DNA of 64,000 bases, taken from positions 65,035 through 129,034 of the IMG/VR virus record IMGVR_UViG_3300033153_006865. One strand, written 5' to 3'. The number at the start of each line of letters is the position of its first letter. Position 1 is the first letter of the stretch. The notes beneath the pieces are model-generated. The model was not told the DNA's origin and did not search any database. It saw nothing but the letters and a program-made list of their open reading frames with translations. Shown one piece after another: positions 29,316-38,370 of this stretch. This DNA comes from a virus. Lineage: Duplodnaviria; Heunggongvirae; Uroviricota; Caudoviricetes. Position numbers and translations under genes: made by a program.

Positions 29316-29505
29316 ATATATTTCTTCCCCACTCCTCCAAAAACTAGTTATGTTGTTAACATCCTCCTACTGAAATCGGCGGCACTAGTGATTATTCCTT
29401 AGGCACAGCCAGCTCTATAACACTGTCTACTATAGGTTTACAATTTTATACGGCCCTTATTGTAGAATAAATAAAATTACTTATAACTGCTCCACTTCTA
29501 ATCAT

Positions 29506-29919
29506 TTATTCTATTATCAAATCAGCAATAGTCAACCCATAAAATCCTCCACTACCAATCATAATTTTTGCGACCTTTAACAGTTCTTCTATCTCCTTTC
29601 CTATAGTAGTTGTTTCAGTAAAGGTTAACTCGGCAGTAATCACATCAAGTTCAGCTTGTGTGACTGGGTTTTTATAATTTGGGTCACCAATTACTTTTGT
29701 ATGGGTTGTTATTTGTTCATGACTCTCAAGAAATTCAGGGTCTTCTGCAGTTCCAGATCCAACTATTGCTTCTGTTATCGTAGAGCTAATAAATTTTATA
29801 ACATATCTTTGTTGATCGATTAGAACAGTCTTCTCAAAACTGTGGAATAGTATATTACTTGTTAAGCCAGGCTCACTAGCATTAATAATTTTTGGTATTG
29901 ACGTTCTTATTTGTTTCAT
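29506..29919 (-). CDS. Hypothetical protein (137 aa) after tail fibre gene, possibly a fibre chaperone
   Basis: ORF track; position only. Confidence 0.55.
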   Translation of the reverse strand: MKQIRTSIPKIINASEPGLTSNILFHSFEKTVLIDQQRYVIKFISSTITEAIVGSGTAEDPEFLESHEQITTHTKVIGDPNYKNPVTQAELDVITAELTFTETTTIGKEIEELLKVAKIMIGSGGFYGLTIADLIIE

Positions 29920-29938
29920 GTTATTTTATTTTTTATTT

Positions 29939-32914
29939 TTAAATTGATCCTCCACTATAGTACCATCTTGTTCCATAATAAGTATACTCAATAACGTCAT
30001 TTTGTTTTAGTGTTTTGCTGGCAGCGGTATTGCCATTAACAAATCTATTGGATTCTGTCGATGCTACATCTTCGTTGGTGAACACTATGTCATCAGCACT
30101 GGTGTTCATAAAAGTGACTTTTTTACCTTGTTTACCATCAGTGAATCCAGTGACGTTTATAGAGGCAGCGGCAGTGTTGTCTAATGGAACAAATGATTTA
30201 CCTACAACAGCTAAATTGTTTGTGGTGGCAGCAACCACAGTAAGAGACGGTTTAATGGATATGTCACCAACTATATCAACCATAGTATCTGGTGAAGATG
30301 TCCCAAACCCTATTGTGTCACTACTCTGCTTTAGAAAAAACAATTTATTATTTGTTAATCCCTCAAGTCTTACATTCCCCCCTTCAACCCTTAATAGATC
30401 GGTAGATGATGGCGCTACTCCAATACCCACATTCCCTGTTTGAATATGCAAGCCATAAGTTTCTGATTCCAAAGAAGTGGTTAAAGTACCTAGTCTATAC
30501 AAATCAATAGTTCCTTGACCTTGACCCTGTACTGAGAATTCATAAGCTTTAGAATCTGGCGATGCAACCCTGCCTCCTCTACCTGTAATAGTAGCTCTTG
30601 AATAACCACCTGTTACAAAAGCTGAAATTTCAATAATTCCAGATGGTGCATAAGCATTCTCTATACCCCATTTTATTTTTTTAGGTGGGTAACCTAAATC
30701 TCCGGTATAAGTGCTGTATATTGATCCGTCTCTCTGTATGCTTGTGTAATCTGGATTAGAGCCATTAGTAAAGTTAATCGAATCAACTGGTGAAGCGTTG
30801 ATAGCGTCTGGTGCTAAAAACTCTAGTATATTATTACCAACTGTAACAATAGTGTCAACGATTAAAGAGTCGCTTCCTGTATAAATACCGTTACCGTTCG
30901 CAACAGGCCTATATGTTCCGTCATCTGCTAGGAACAACGACCCTCCTCCACTACTAATAACATTCGAGGCAGCGTGTGCAAAGAAAACTGGATCCGATTC
31001 AGTGAATGGATTTAAATAAGTGGCTACTCCTGCTAGATCTATCCAATAGGTGAATATGGCAGGATTTCCTGGAGTATCGTCACCGGTATAATAAATTAAT
31101 CCATCTTTAAATACACTTGTTGCAGAAAAAATAGCTATTTCAGCTTCAGTTGGCTTGCCTGCTAAAGCTGGAGAAACAGTTGTGTCATCAGCAAATAATC
31201 TTGTTAGTCCTATTGTGCTAATGGCTGTCCATGTTCCTTCCTCTACTACATTGAATACAAGCCCTGATACTCCAAAAGCAGTACGTCTGTACAATGTTCG
31301 ATGTCCTGTAGTAGGTGATACAGCAGTCACCTCTTGGTTCTGTAAGTACTCTGTAGAGGCAGACCAGTTTGTTATAATATCAACCGAAGATAAGTTTTCA
31401 ATCAAAGTGGCAACACCCTCTGAATCAATCCAATATATTCTAGTGGCTGGGCTGCCAGGTAAATCATCTCCGGTATAATAAATTAATCCATCTCGGAATA
31501 CACTCGTTGCGGCAAAAATAGTGATCTCTGATTCAGTAGGGGAGCCTACTAAAGCTGGAGAAACAGTTGTGTCATCAGCATGAAATTTTGCTCTGCCTAT
31601 TGTACTAATAGCTGTCCAATTTAATTCTTCAGCTATGTTAAATATAAGTCCTGATATCCCAGGGGTTGTACGCCTGTATAGTGTTCTATGTGATGTTGAC
31701 GGTGATATAGCCGTTATCCCTTGATTTATTACATAGGTTGTAGAAGCTTCCCAGTCATTAATTATGCCTGAACCTCCTGCTGCTCCTACTATTATTGTAG
31801 TAGAATCATTATCCTCATTTGTATAGGTATAGGTGCCATCCCCATTATCTACTAAAGTAGTAATAGACTCAAGGATATCCACTTCAATGCCTCCACCATC
31901 TGTGTGTGTAGCTATTACTTTACCTGCAAGTTGAACTTGAACAAGTGTAGATATGTCACCTATTGGTAAATACTGTGCCCCATCCCATAGAAAAGTCTCT
32001 CCAGTATCATCTGCCACATACATAATGTTCAAATCTCCTGTGGTAGGAAAAGCAGCAAAATTTACAGCATGTTTAATTCCTCCAACTCCTCTCCAGACTC
32101 CATCCTCATAAAGTCTAAATTCCTCTCTGCTGGTGCTGTATTTAAGCATACCATTCACAGGGGCGGTGATTTCCGTGTCTGGATCCGCTGACCCCGGAAC
32201 TATGAATGCTCCATCTACATCTGTCACCAAGAGGATATTATTACCTGCTCCTGTAGAAGTTATAGTTCGACCTGCTGAGGTTTCAGAAAATACTCCGGTA
32301 ACATTTGTAGCCTTTACACCTCCTATAGTTTCTGTATAACTACTAACCACATTAACTAAATAGAATTGCAGTTGATCAAGTGTGAGTCCGAATGAATTAC
32401 CTGTGAGTGTTCTATCTGAATTTATTAAAATTCCATCATCTGTATAGATATTCGTTAAAACACCTTCTGCCAAATTCGCTTGAATTGCCATAAAATGTTC
32501 TGGTAAGGTTGCGTCATCAATAAGGGCTATCAACATATCTCCTGGGGATAGAGAATCATCGCCTGACTCTAGGCCAGTAATAGTTCCTGCTACAGAAATT
32601 CTATACCAATCACCAGCCTCTATGCTCGAATCCGGTGCATTTTCTAAGTCTACCCCTGTACCTGCAGTGGGGACTAGTCCACTTGATGCATCATGTGTTC
32701 CAGCAAATGTTCCAAACTTGTTAAGATCTTCAGCGAATACTATTTGTCTGACATCTCCTCCAATGAAAGAATATACATGATTATCTGTTGTCAACTGCCA
32801 AATTCTGCCTTCAAACAACTCAGCTGGTATTGGGTGGGCACCTAGCTTATCAAGAGATACATTCAGTATTTCTTGAGCATTCATGTTTAGATTAACATAC
32901 TGCTTATTCTCCAT
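29939..32914 (-). CDS. Tail fibre/spike protein (991 aa) with an internal 129-aa duplication
   Basis: Acidic, beta-rich; C-terminal NVGIG...IGFGTSSP repeats; two CBM5/12-like W-x-A-x-x-x-Y-x-x-N modules. Confidence 0.7.
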   Translation of the reverse strand: MENKQYVNLNMNAQEILNVSLDKLGAHPIPAELFEGRIWQLTTDNHVYSFIGGDVRQIVFAEDLNKFGTFAGTHDASSGLVPTAGTGVDLENAPDSSIEAGDWYRISVAGTITGLESGDDSLSPGDMLIALIDDATLPEHFMAIQANLAEGVLTNIYTDDGILINSDRTLTGNSFGLTLDQLQFYLVNVVSSYTETIGGVKATNVTGVFSETSAGRTITSTGAGNNILLVTDVDGAFIVPGSADPDTEITAPVNGMLKYSTSREEFRLYEDGVWRGVGGIKHAVNFAAFPTTGDLNIMYVADDTGETFLWDGAQYLPIGDISTLVQVQLAGKVIATHTDGGGIEVDILESITTLVDNGDGTYTYTNEDNDSTTIIVGAAGGSGIINDWEASTTYVINQGITAISPSTSHRTLYRRTTPGISGLIFNIAEELNWTAISTIGRAKFHADDTTVSPALVGSPTESEITIFAATSVFRDGLIYYTGDDLPGSPATRIYWIDSEGVATLIENLSSVDIITNWSASTEYLQNQEVTAVSPTTGHRTLYRRTAFGVSGLVFNVVEEGTWTAISTIGLTRLFADDTTVSPALAGKPTEAEIAIFSATSVFKDGLIYYTGDDTPGNPAIFTYWIDLAGVATYLNPFTESDPVFFAHAASNVISSGGGSLFLADDGTYRPVANGNGIYTGSDSLIVDTIVTVGNNILEFLAPDAINASPVDSINFTNGSNPDYTSIQRDGSIYSTYTGDLGYPPKKIKWGIENAYAPSGIIEISAFVTGGYSRATITGRGGRVASPDSKAYEFSVQGQGQGTIDLYRLGTLTTSLESETYGLHIQTGNVGIGVAPSSTDLLRVEGGNVRLEGLTNNKLFFLKQSSDTIGFGTSSPDTMVDIVGDISIKPSLTVVAATTNNLAVVGKSFVPLDNTAAASINVTGFTDGKQGKKVTFMNTSADDIVFTNEDVASTESNRFVNGNTAASKTLKQNDVIEYTYYGTRWYYSGGSI
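31013..31765 (-). repeat. Tandem 387-bp (129-aa) coding duplication
   Basis: Copies ~31400-31765 and ~31013-31378; identical TAAAGCTGGAGAAACAGTTGTGTCATCAGCA blocks 387 nt apart. Confidence 0.9.
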
Positions 32915-32944
32915 TTAATTGTGTATTTTATTTAATTCTTTTTA

Positions 32945-33928
32945 TTAGTATTTTACTACAACCTTTACATTAATTAGGTTAACGTTTGATCCTATTATAA
33001 AATCATTTCCTGATGCCGTTATTAGTAACCCCGGGGTAATAACTATGCCACTAGAATCGTATATAGTTATAATCGTATCCTCTGCTGTATTAGGTAATAC
33101 TATTCCCGGCACTGTTAAAACAAATGGTACATTTTGTATCAAGGTTATTGTATCTTCAAAGTTACTTACTGGTACCACACTTAAAAAGTGTCCATTGACT
33201 GTTACGACTCCAGCATCATTAGTTACAGTGATTAAAATTGATGAATTTCCTGGTATTGTTAATCCAGGAGTGGATAAATCCGCAATTGTACCCCCTGTTC
33301 TTAAAAATGCACCTGCAACGTTTATAAACGATAACAACCTACTTGCAGAAGTTGTATTAACAAGTAGGTACGTATAGTCATCTTCTGTGTTATGGTTTAG
33401 TCCGTCTATCAACATATCACCTGTTGACTCAAACCAAATCTCCCTCTTGTTAGAAGTAGTTGGATCTAACGATATTTGAGTTGGGGCTGCATGTTTAAGT
33501 GTCTGATGCTTAAATCTTGGAAAGTCTGCAGGGTCAAAATTAGGGGTTAGTGCAACCCATATATCTCCTCCTCCATCATTTGCAAATACGCTTAAAACAT
33601 CAGTATCTGTGTCGTACCAAGTGTCTCCCAATATAGGAGAGTTGTGGGGTGCGGGTCCTGATGAATGTTGACCGATTTCAAATGTAACATCTGTACCTGC
33701 CCCATTTGAGTGGGTTGCTGTACCATTTCCGTTATTAACGAGTGCAGATACTGATCCTTCATCTCCACTAAATATAGGATTGGTTACATACTCAGAAATA
33801 ATGATTATTACAGTGTCTAGGTCTTGACCAGAAGTTATCCCCAGTTCTGGAATATCCGGTCCAGTATATCTAGATGGGCAACTAGATAGGCAACTTGAAC
33901 ATCCTGAAGTACATTTATCACAACTCAT
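32945..33928 (-). CDS. Tail-associated structural protein (327 aa), Cys-rich N-terminus
   Basis: MSCDKCTSGCSSCLSSCPSRYTGPDI; GDTWYD...DIWV module; Ig-like end. Confidence 0.6.
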   Translation of the reverse strand: MSCDKCTSGCSSCLSSCPSRYTGPDIPELGITSGQDLDTVIIIISEYVTNPIFSGDEGSVSALVNNGNGTATHSNGAGTDVTFEIGQHSSGPAPHNSPILGDTWYDTDTDVLSVFANDGGGDIWVALTPNFDPADFPRFKHQTLKHAAPTQISLDPTTSNKREIWFESTGDMLIDGLNHNTEDDYTYLLVNTTSASRLLSFINVAGAFLRTGGTIADLSTPGLTIPGNSSILITVTNDAGVVTVNGHFLSVVPVSNFEDTITLIQNVPFVLTVPGIVLPNTAEDTIITIYDSSGIVITPGLLITASGNDFIIGSNVNLINVKVVVKY

Positions 33929-33938
33929 ATTAAATATT

Positions 33939-35465
33939 TTATATAGCAGCTACTGCTGCTATGATTTCTTCATCTGTTACTGAACTTGGTAGAGGATATG
34001 AAACCGATATTGGTACACGAAATCCTCCAAAATTTGACGGTGTCGAACCATCAAAAGTTGCTGGGTATTGTTTAGAGGACTCTATAATATCTCTCTTATC
34101 CACCCCTTTAGAAAAAGATCCTCTATACGAACTATAATCTATAGCTGCATCCCCTACTAACACATTTGATATAATACCTTGATACAGAGGTGAGTTCTTA
34201 ATAGCATCCCCTACTCCAGCCTGTTCAGCCTCGGCTATGGAACCAATTCTTAATCTTCCATCACTTCGTAGTGTTACACTAGAAAGTATAGTAGATAGTA
34301 AAAGACTTCCTACACCTAGTCTATCACGGACAGGTCTTGTTATAATTTGGTTTCTGGTTATAGTTACATTTTCAGCAGGTAATAAAGCTGCAGGTAATAT
34401 AGGGGCTACTGATTGAAGTGCTGTGTTGTCTGGTATGTATCCTCCTTCCGGGCCTCTAAATACATCCACGGAAGTACTGTGTCGATTGTAATACTCAGAA
34501 GCATCTGGTATTAATACAGTCAATGACCCCTCTGTTGCTAGAGGTATTAAAAGGTCCCCTTCAATTTTTACAGTCCTTCCTACTACAGTTATTCTTGGAG
34601 AAGGTTGACCATCTAAGTCGGCCATTCCGAAGCCAGCGGTTAGGAGATACGGAGGGAGTTCTTTTATTTCATACCCTTCTATAACATCATTAGTTACGTC
34701 AAGTTCATCATTACAGCAGCTAGGGTTGGTAACGGTAAATGTTCCTAGTATACAAGACCCCCCGTATATTGTATAGGTATCAGTTGCTCCAGCCACTCCA
34801 GCAACACTAAGAACTGAAACTGGATTACCAGCTGCATCTTCCTTTATAGTGACTACTGGTGTATAACTAACGTGGTCAATACCAGTTCCTTGAACAACAT
34901 CAAATGTTCCCAGGCTTATTGTAGCCCCTGCATCCCCCCATACAGTATATGTATCTGTCTGCCCTGTTTCACAATCTGCTGAAGTGGTTGATGTTAGCGA
35001 AACGTGGTCTATACTTTCTCCATCAGTTCCATTATAGACTATAAATGTACCAATACTTACTGTCTCTGCAGTGTCTGCCCACATTGTATACGTATCAAAA
35101 AATCCGGATTGAGAAGCTAGTCCATTGGGTGCATTTGTAGACGTAAACGAGACATGATCAATACCTTGTCCATCGGCTCCATCATCTCCCACTGGTAAAT
35201 CTTGGGCAATATTACAAATTGCTGTATTAATCTTTGAGATTATGTTCTCCAAGTTGTCTCCTGGTTCAACATCTATACAATCGTATGCCAGACCATCATG
35301 TGTGGCACATGTCAATGATGCAAGTTTAACTTCACAGCCACATCCAGTTTCACATGGATCGCTGCATCCACATTTTGAGCAGCCCGTATCAGAGCTATAG
35401 TAACCTTCGTTTCCGCATGAGTTGCATGTGTTGCATGTGTTGCATGAGTGACAGTCTGTTGACAT
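33939..35465 (-). CDS. Tail fibre-like protein (508 aa), Cys-rich N-terminus and three IDHVS...DTYT...GTF repeats
   Basis: Repeats read directly in translation; short collagen-like GDDGADGQG. Confidence 0.65.
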   Translation of the reverse strand: MSTDCHSCNTCNTCNSCGNEGYYSSDTGCSKCGCSDPCETGCGCEVKLASLTCATHDGLAYDCIDVEPGDNLENIISKINTAICNIAQDLPVGDDGADGQGIDHVSFTSTNAPNGLASQSGFFDTYTMWADTAETVSIGTFIVYNGTDGESIDHVSLTSTTSADCETGQTDTYTVWGDAGATISLGTFDVVQGTGIDHVSYTPVVTIKEDAAGNPVSVLSVAGVAGATDTYTIYGGSCILGTFTVTNPSCCNDELDVTNDVIEGYEIKELPPYLLTAGFGMADLDGQPSPRITVVGRTVKIEGDLLIPLATEGSLTVLIPDASEYYNRHSTSVDVFRGPEGGYIPDNTALQSVAPILPAALLPAENVTITRNQIITRPVRDRLGVGSLLLSTILSSVTLRSDGRLRIGSIAEAEQAGVGDAIKNSPLYQGIISNVLVGDAAIDYSSYRGSFSKGVDKRDIIESSKQYPATFDGSTPSNFGGFRVPISVSYPLPSSVTDEEIIAAVAAI

Positions 35466-35486
35466 ATTAATTATTTTATTTCGTTA

Positions 35487-35900
35487 TTATGCGCTTATTT
35501 GAATCCACAAGTCATTAACACCGTCATTTGAATACATGTGCAATGTACTATCGTTTGGGTTGAACCAGGTGTCTCCAATACAATTTGGAGCTACTGGGGT
35601 AGTAGCGGCTACAATATGGACCGGAGCTTTTTTGAAAGTGTATTCTGTTCCATCAGGTCTTGTAAATTTGACACTGCAATCACCTTCATCAGCAATGTTC
35701 ACCTTGTTCAATTTAACATTTAGTGCTTGTATATATTGACGAACTTTACGCATCCAAAATGTTAAGGTTCTCCCTTTAGCTACTTGAAAATATAAATCGG
35801 CCTCTGCTGTATTGACACAATTTGTACTGACTATCTCTTCACACTCAACTTCGGAATTATCTACTATTGGTAAATTGGTATCTAGGCATTTATCTAGCAT
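35487..35900 (-). CDS. Tail-associated protein (137 aa)
   Basis: IVSTNCV module shared with neighbour; GDTWFN...DLWI module shared with the 327-aa protein. Confidence 0.6.
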   Translation of the reverse strand: MLDKCLDTNLPIVDNSEVECEEIVSTNCVNTAEADLYFQVAKGRTLTFWMRKVRQYIQALNVKLNKVNIADEGDCSVKFTRPDGTEYTFKKAPVHIVAATTPVAPNCIGDTWFNPNDSTLHMYSNDGVNDLWIQISA

Positions 35901-35904
35901 CCTA

Positions 35905-36351
35905 TTAAGGGTTTTGTGAATTATTAATTAATAATTGAAGGAGGCCAGCAAGTGTAGTGGGCTGATCTCCACATTCCTCTACCAAATTTCCTAAGTCTAG
36001 TCCCACACAGTCAATTAATTGGCTGTATATTAGTGGGCAATCGCTTTCATCCACTTGAGTTACCATTCCTGATAGCTCACAGATTTTTGCTTCAATTGCT
36101 TCCAGTGCCTCTTTTACACGTAGCTTTCCACCTACTAAGGAATAGTCTATACATGAATCTCCTAGGTTCTCCAGATCTAGGGATTCGTTTATCTTGTTTA
36201 ACTCTAAATTGATGTCCTCTATAACATCTGTTACAGATGGATCATCACACTCAGTTAATTCAGTGTTTGCATGAAAAGTTCCAACATACTCTACGCAGTT
36301 GGAGCTGACAATTCTTCCACAAGTTTTCTTTAGTTTATCTTGGCAACTCAT
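35905..36351 (-). CDS. Tail-associated Cys-rich protein (148 aa)
   Basis: IVSSNCVEYVG module; coiled-coil LEAIEAKICEL. Confidence 0.6.
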   Translation of the reverse strand: MSCQDKLKKTCGRIVSSNCVEYVGTFHANTELTECDDPSVTDVIEDINLELNKINESLDLENLGDSCIDYSLVGGKLRVKEALEAIEAKICELSGMVTQVDESDCPLIYSQLIDCVGLDLGNLVEECGDQPTTLAGLLQLLINNSQNP

Positions 36352-36609
36352 CTATAACTCTTGTATGTTTCTTATCCCTTTGGTAATTATCGTTTCTCTT
36401 AATGCGAGTTTGTCACAGTTGTTTATGTAACATAAATCTCCACATATCATCCTTTGGGCTCTTAAAACTTCTCTCATGTCTTCATGACATATGCACCCAA
36501 TTTCAAACCTTAAATATTTAATGAGATTGACAGAGTCTTCTACAAAATGCTTGGCGAGTACCTCACTTGTAGGAAGATTTTCTTCGTTAAATATACTTTG
36601 TGTACTCAT
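36352..36609 (-). CDS. Hypothetical protein (85 aa)
   Basis: Abuts the next gene with no gap; A-rich upstream context. Confidence 0.6.
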   Translation of the reverse strand: MSTQSIFNEENLPTSEVLAKHFVEDSVNLIKYLRFEIGCICHEDMREVLRAQRMICGDLCYINNCDKLALRETIITKGIRNIQEL

Positions 36610-36629
36610 TATTTACATATTCTATCAGT

Positions 36630-36662
36630 GTAGTTGATGTTCAGACTCTGGACATCAACTAC
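36630..36662. repeat. Long hairpin without U-tract
   Basis: GTAGTTGATGT-N11-ACATCAACTAC, perfect 11-bp stem overlapping a stop codon. Confidence 0.8.
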
Positions 36663-37204
36663 CTTGCTGACACCCACACATTACTATTACAATCTGAACA
36701 CCCCTTTAAATCATCAAAAGCCTCTTGCGCGGTTTCCCATGCCATCCCAGCTCCTTTAACGAGTCCCATCCTAAGATGAGCATGAGCCCCTGCCAGCAAA
36801 AACTCAATTTCAGTTACTTTATCAACAAAGTTTCTCCAATTTGTAGAATCCTTATTCTCAATATAAAGCTTATCTAATTCCATTTGGAAGAGGTCTGTCT
36901 TCAAATAGTGCCTCTGCATGAAATATTTATCTGGTGACGCCTTTACAGTAAAAGTATAAATCCCATCTGATAAAGCTTCTTTGTTAGCATCTTCACAGTT
37001 GGGGCAAGTAATACCTAAAATAGTACTATTAAAAACATTTGTCTTATGTTGGTCAAAATAGAATGTTTTGCATTTATCAAAACCCGGAAAGATAATCTCG
37101 ATAATAGTAGGCTTCCCCTCACTTGTCCCCCACACAGACAAATCACTTATTCTTATGTGGTGGGTGTCAGATGCTATAAAGAAGTCTATTTGTGGTAAAG
37201 CCAT
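36659..37204 (-). CDS. crAss-like tail-region protein (possible tail hub); start moved to ATG 37204
   Basis: IRISDLSVW...PTIIEIIFPG pattern; the track's TTG start (37210) lies inside the promoter -7 box. Confidence 0.55.
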   Translation of the reverse strand: MALPQIDFFIASDTHHIRISDLSVWGTSEGKPTIIEIIFPGFDKCKTFYFDQHKTNVFNSTILGITCPNCEDANKEALSDGIYTFTVKASPDKYFMQRHYLKTDLFQMELDKLYIENKDSTNWRNFVDKVTEIEFLLAGAHAHLRMGLVKGAGMAWETAQEAFDDLKGCSDCNSNVWVSAR

Positions 37205-37207
37205 GCG

Positions 37208-37245
37208 CAAATATAATTACAAGTTACCGAAAACACAAAAACATT
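37208..37245 (-). promoter_or_regulatory. Promoter, probably leaderless
   Basis: AATGTTTTTG-N20-TATATTTG-CGC-ATG. Confidence 0.7.
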
Positions 37246-37260
37246 ACTTTCTACTCTATA

Positions 37261-37545
37261 TTACTTTTTCTTTAATCTTTTTCTAGAGGGTTGTTTTTTA
37301 GTCTGCCCTTTTCCTCTTGCCTTCCTATCCCCTGGCATATCAGATTTTGAACCTCTGTTTACACTTCTGGGTTTAACCCTAGCTCCATTCTTAGTATGAG
37401 ATATGTCCTTCTTATCGCCCTTCTTCACCTTGCCGGCTTTTTCTGCCTCCTTCCTTAGCCTATTCCGTTCGGCCCTCTTTTTCTTCTGCTTAGTTGAGGA
37501 TTGAAATTTTGAATACTCCTTTTTATAGTTTCTCTTTGCTGGCAT
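37261..37545 (-). CDS. Highly basic HNH-like protein (94 aa), shortened core
   Basis: RNYKKEY...RAERNRLR...GKVKKGDKKDISH...VKPRSVNR; 38 of 94 residues K/R. Confidence 0.55.
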   Translation of the reverse strand: MPAKRNYKKEYSKFQSSTKQKKKRAERNRLRKEAEKAGKVKKGDKKDISHTKNGARVKPRSVNRGSKSDMPGDRKARGKGQTKKQPSRKRLKKK

Positions 37546-37554
37546 GTTATAAGT

Positions 37555-38370
37555 TTAAATACTCTCGACTCTAATTATAGCATTAAACAAAACTTTAGCT
37601 ACTCTCTCTTTTCCCCTTCTGCTCATAAGAATCTTGCACTCAATTAGGTTAGTGTGGAACATTGACTCCAATAGTACTGATCTTCCGTTTGTCTGTATAA
37701 GTACTGCAAACTTGGCCTCTTTATCTAAATCTCCGTCAGAGTCATCCGACCTTCTTTTAAGTTCTGGAAACTCTTTCCCCATCTCCTCGATTAATATATC
37801 AGCTATAGGATCACTTAACGTTTGTCCTGGTGATGTAAATACTTCATATCCATGTGCCGACTCTTTCTTATAACCGTTGGAGTGTATTGCCCATAATATA
37901 GAATCCCTTTTCTCCTCTTCCTCATTGGCGATTTTTACCCTTCTACTTAATGATAAATCTGTTGGGTTGGAGGGATCCACTGTATAACAGTGGTCGATTT
38001 TTACCTCGGTCAACATCTTACCTAAAATAGCTGCAATCTCTCTGTTACCTTGTCCTTCAAAATATTGTGTCCCATCGGGCCAAATACCCGATCTCTTTCC
38101 ACCTGTTGTATAAACTCCGTCATCATCTACTCCTCCATGACCTGGGTCCAATACATGTACATATTTGCTTAAGTTTTTAACAGGTGGTTTACTTGTTAAA
38201 CTGTCTGTGGATTCCGGTGGCAATGATTGCTCCAGCGGCCACTTTAACCCATCCTTTTTGAAACCATTTCTTATCATCCTTAAAAACATAAGAGGATATT
38301 CCTTCAACTTTGATATGGGGGTTTGAATTGGTAGTTGCGACGATGAATTCATTCTTTTTAAATATTCCAT
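37555..38370 (-). CDS. N-acetylmuramoyl-L-alanine amidase endolysin (Amidase_3 type); true start uncertain
   Basis: HVLDPGHGG, E-G-N-R, L..RV..AN, AIHSN, G-Y-E and VLLE motifs. Confidence 0.9.
   Translation of the reverse strand: MEYLKRMNSSSQLPIQTPISKLKEYPLMFLRMIRNGFKKDGLKWPLEQSLPPESTDSLTSKPPVKNLSKYVHVLDPGHGGVDDDGVYTTGGKRSGIWPDGTQYFEGQGNREIAAILGKMLTEVKIDHCYTVDPSNPTDLSLSRRVKIANEEEEKRDSILWAIHSNGYKKESAHGYEVFTSPGQTLSDPIADILIEEMGKEFPELKRRSDDSDGDLDKEAKFAVLIQTNGRSVLLESMFHTNLIECKILMSRRGKERVAKVLFNAIIRVESI

Noticed and set aside
29240-29325. 27-aa ORF MEVVFGWFYRPPLAPSLVWWGFYGVKK
   Set aside because: It runs entirely through the two hairpins; its composition is explained by the RNA structure.
16830-29345. 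TTTGGAGGAG shared by two intergenic regions (about 16833 and 29333)
   Set aside because: Only two 10-bp copies with no consistent spacing to starts, and Bacteroidota rarely use Shine-Dalgarno signals; insufficient evidence.
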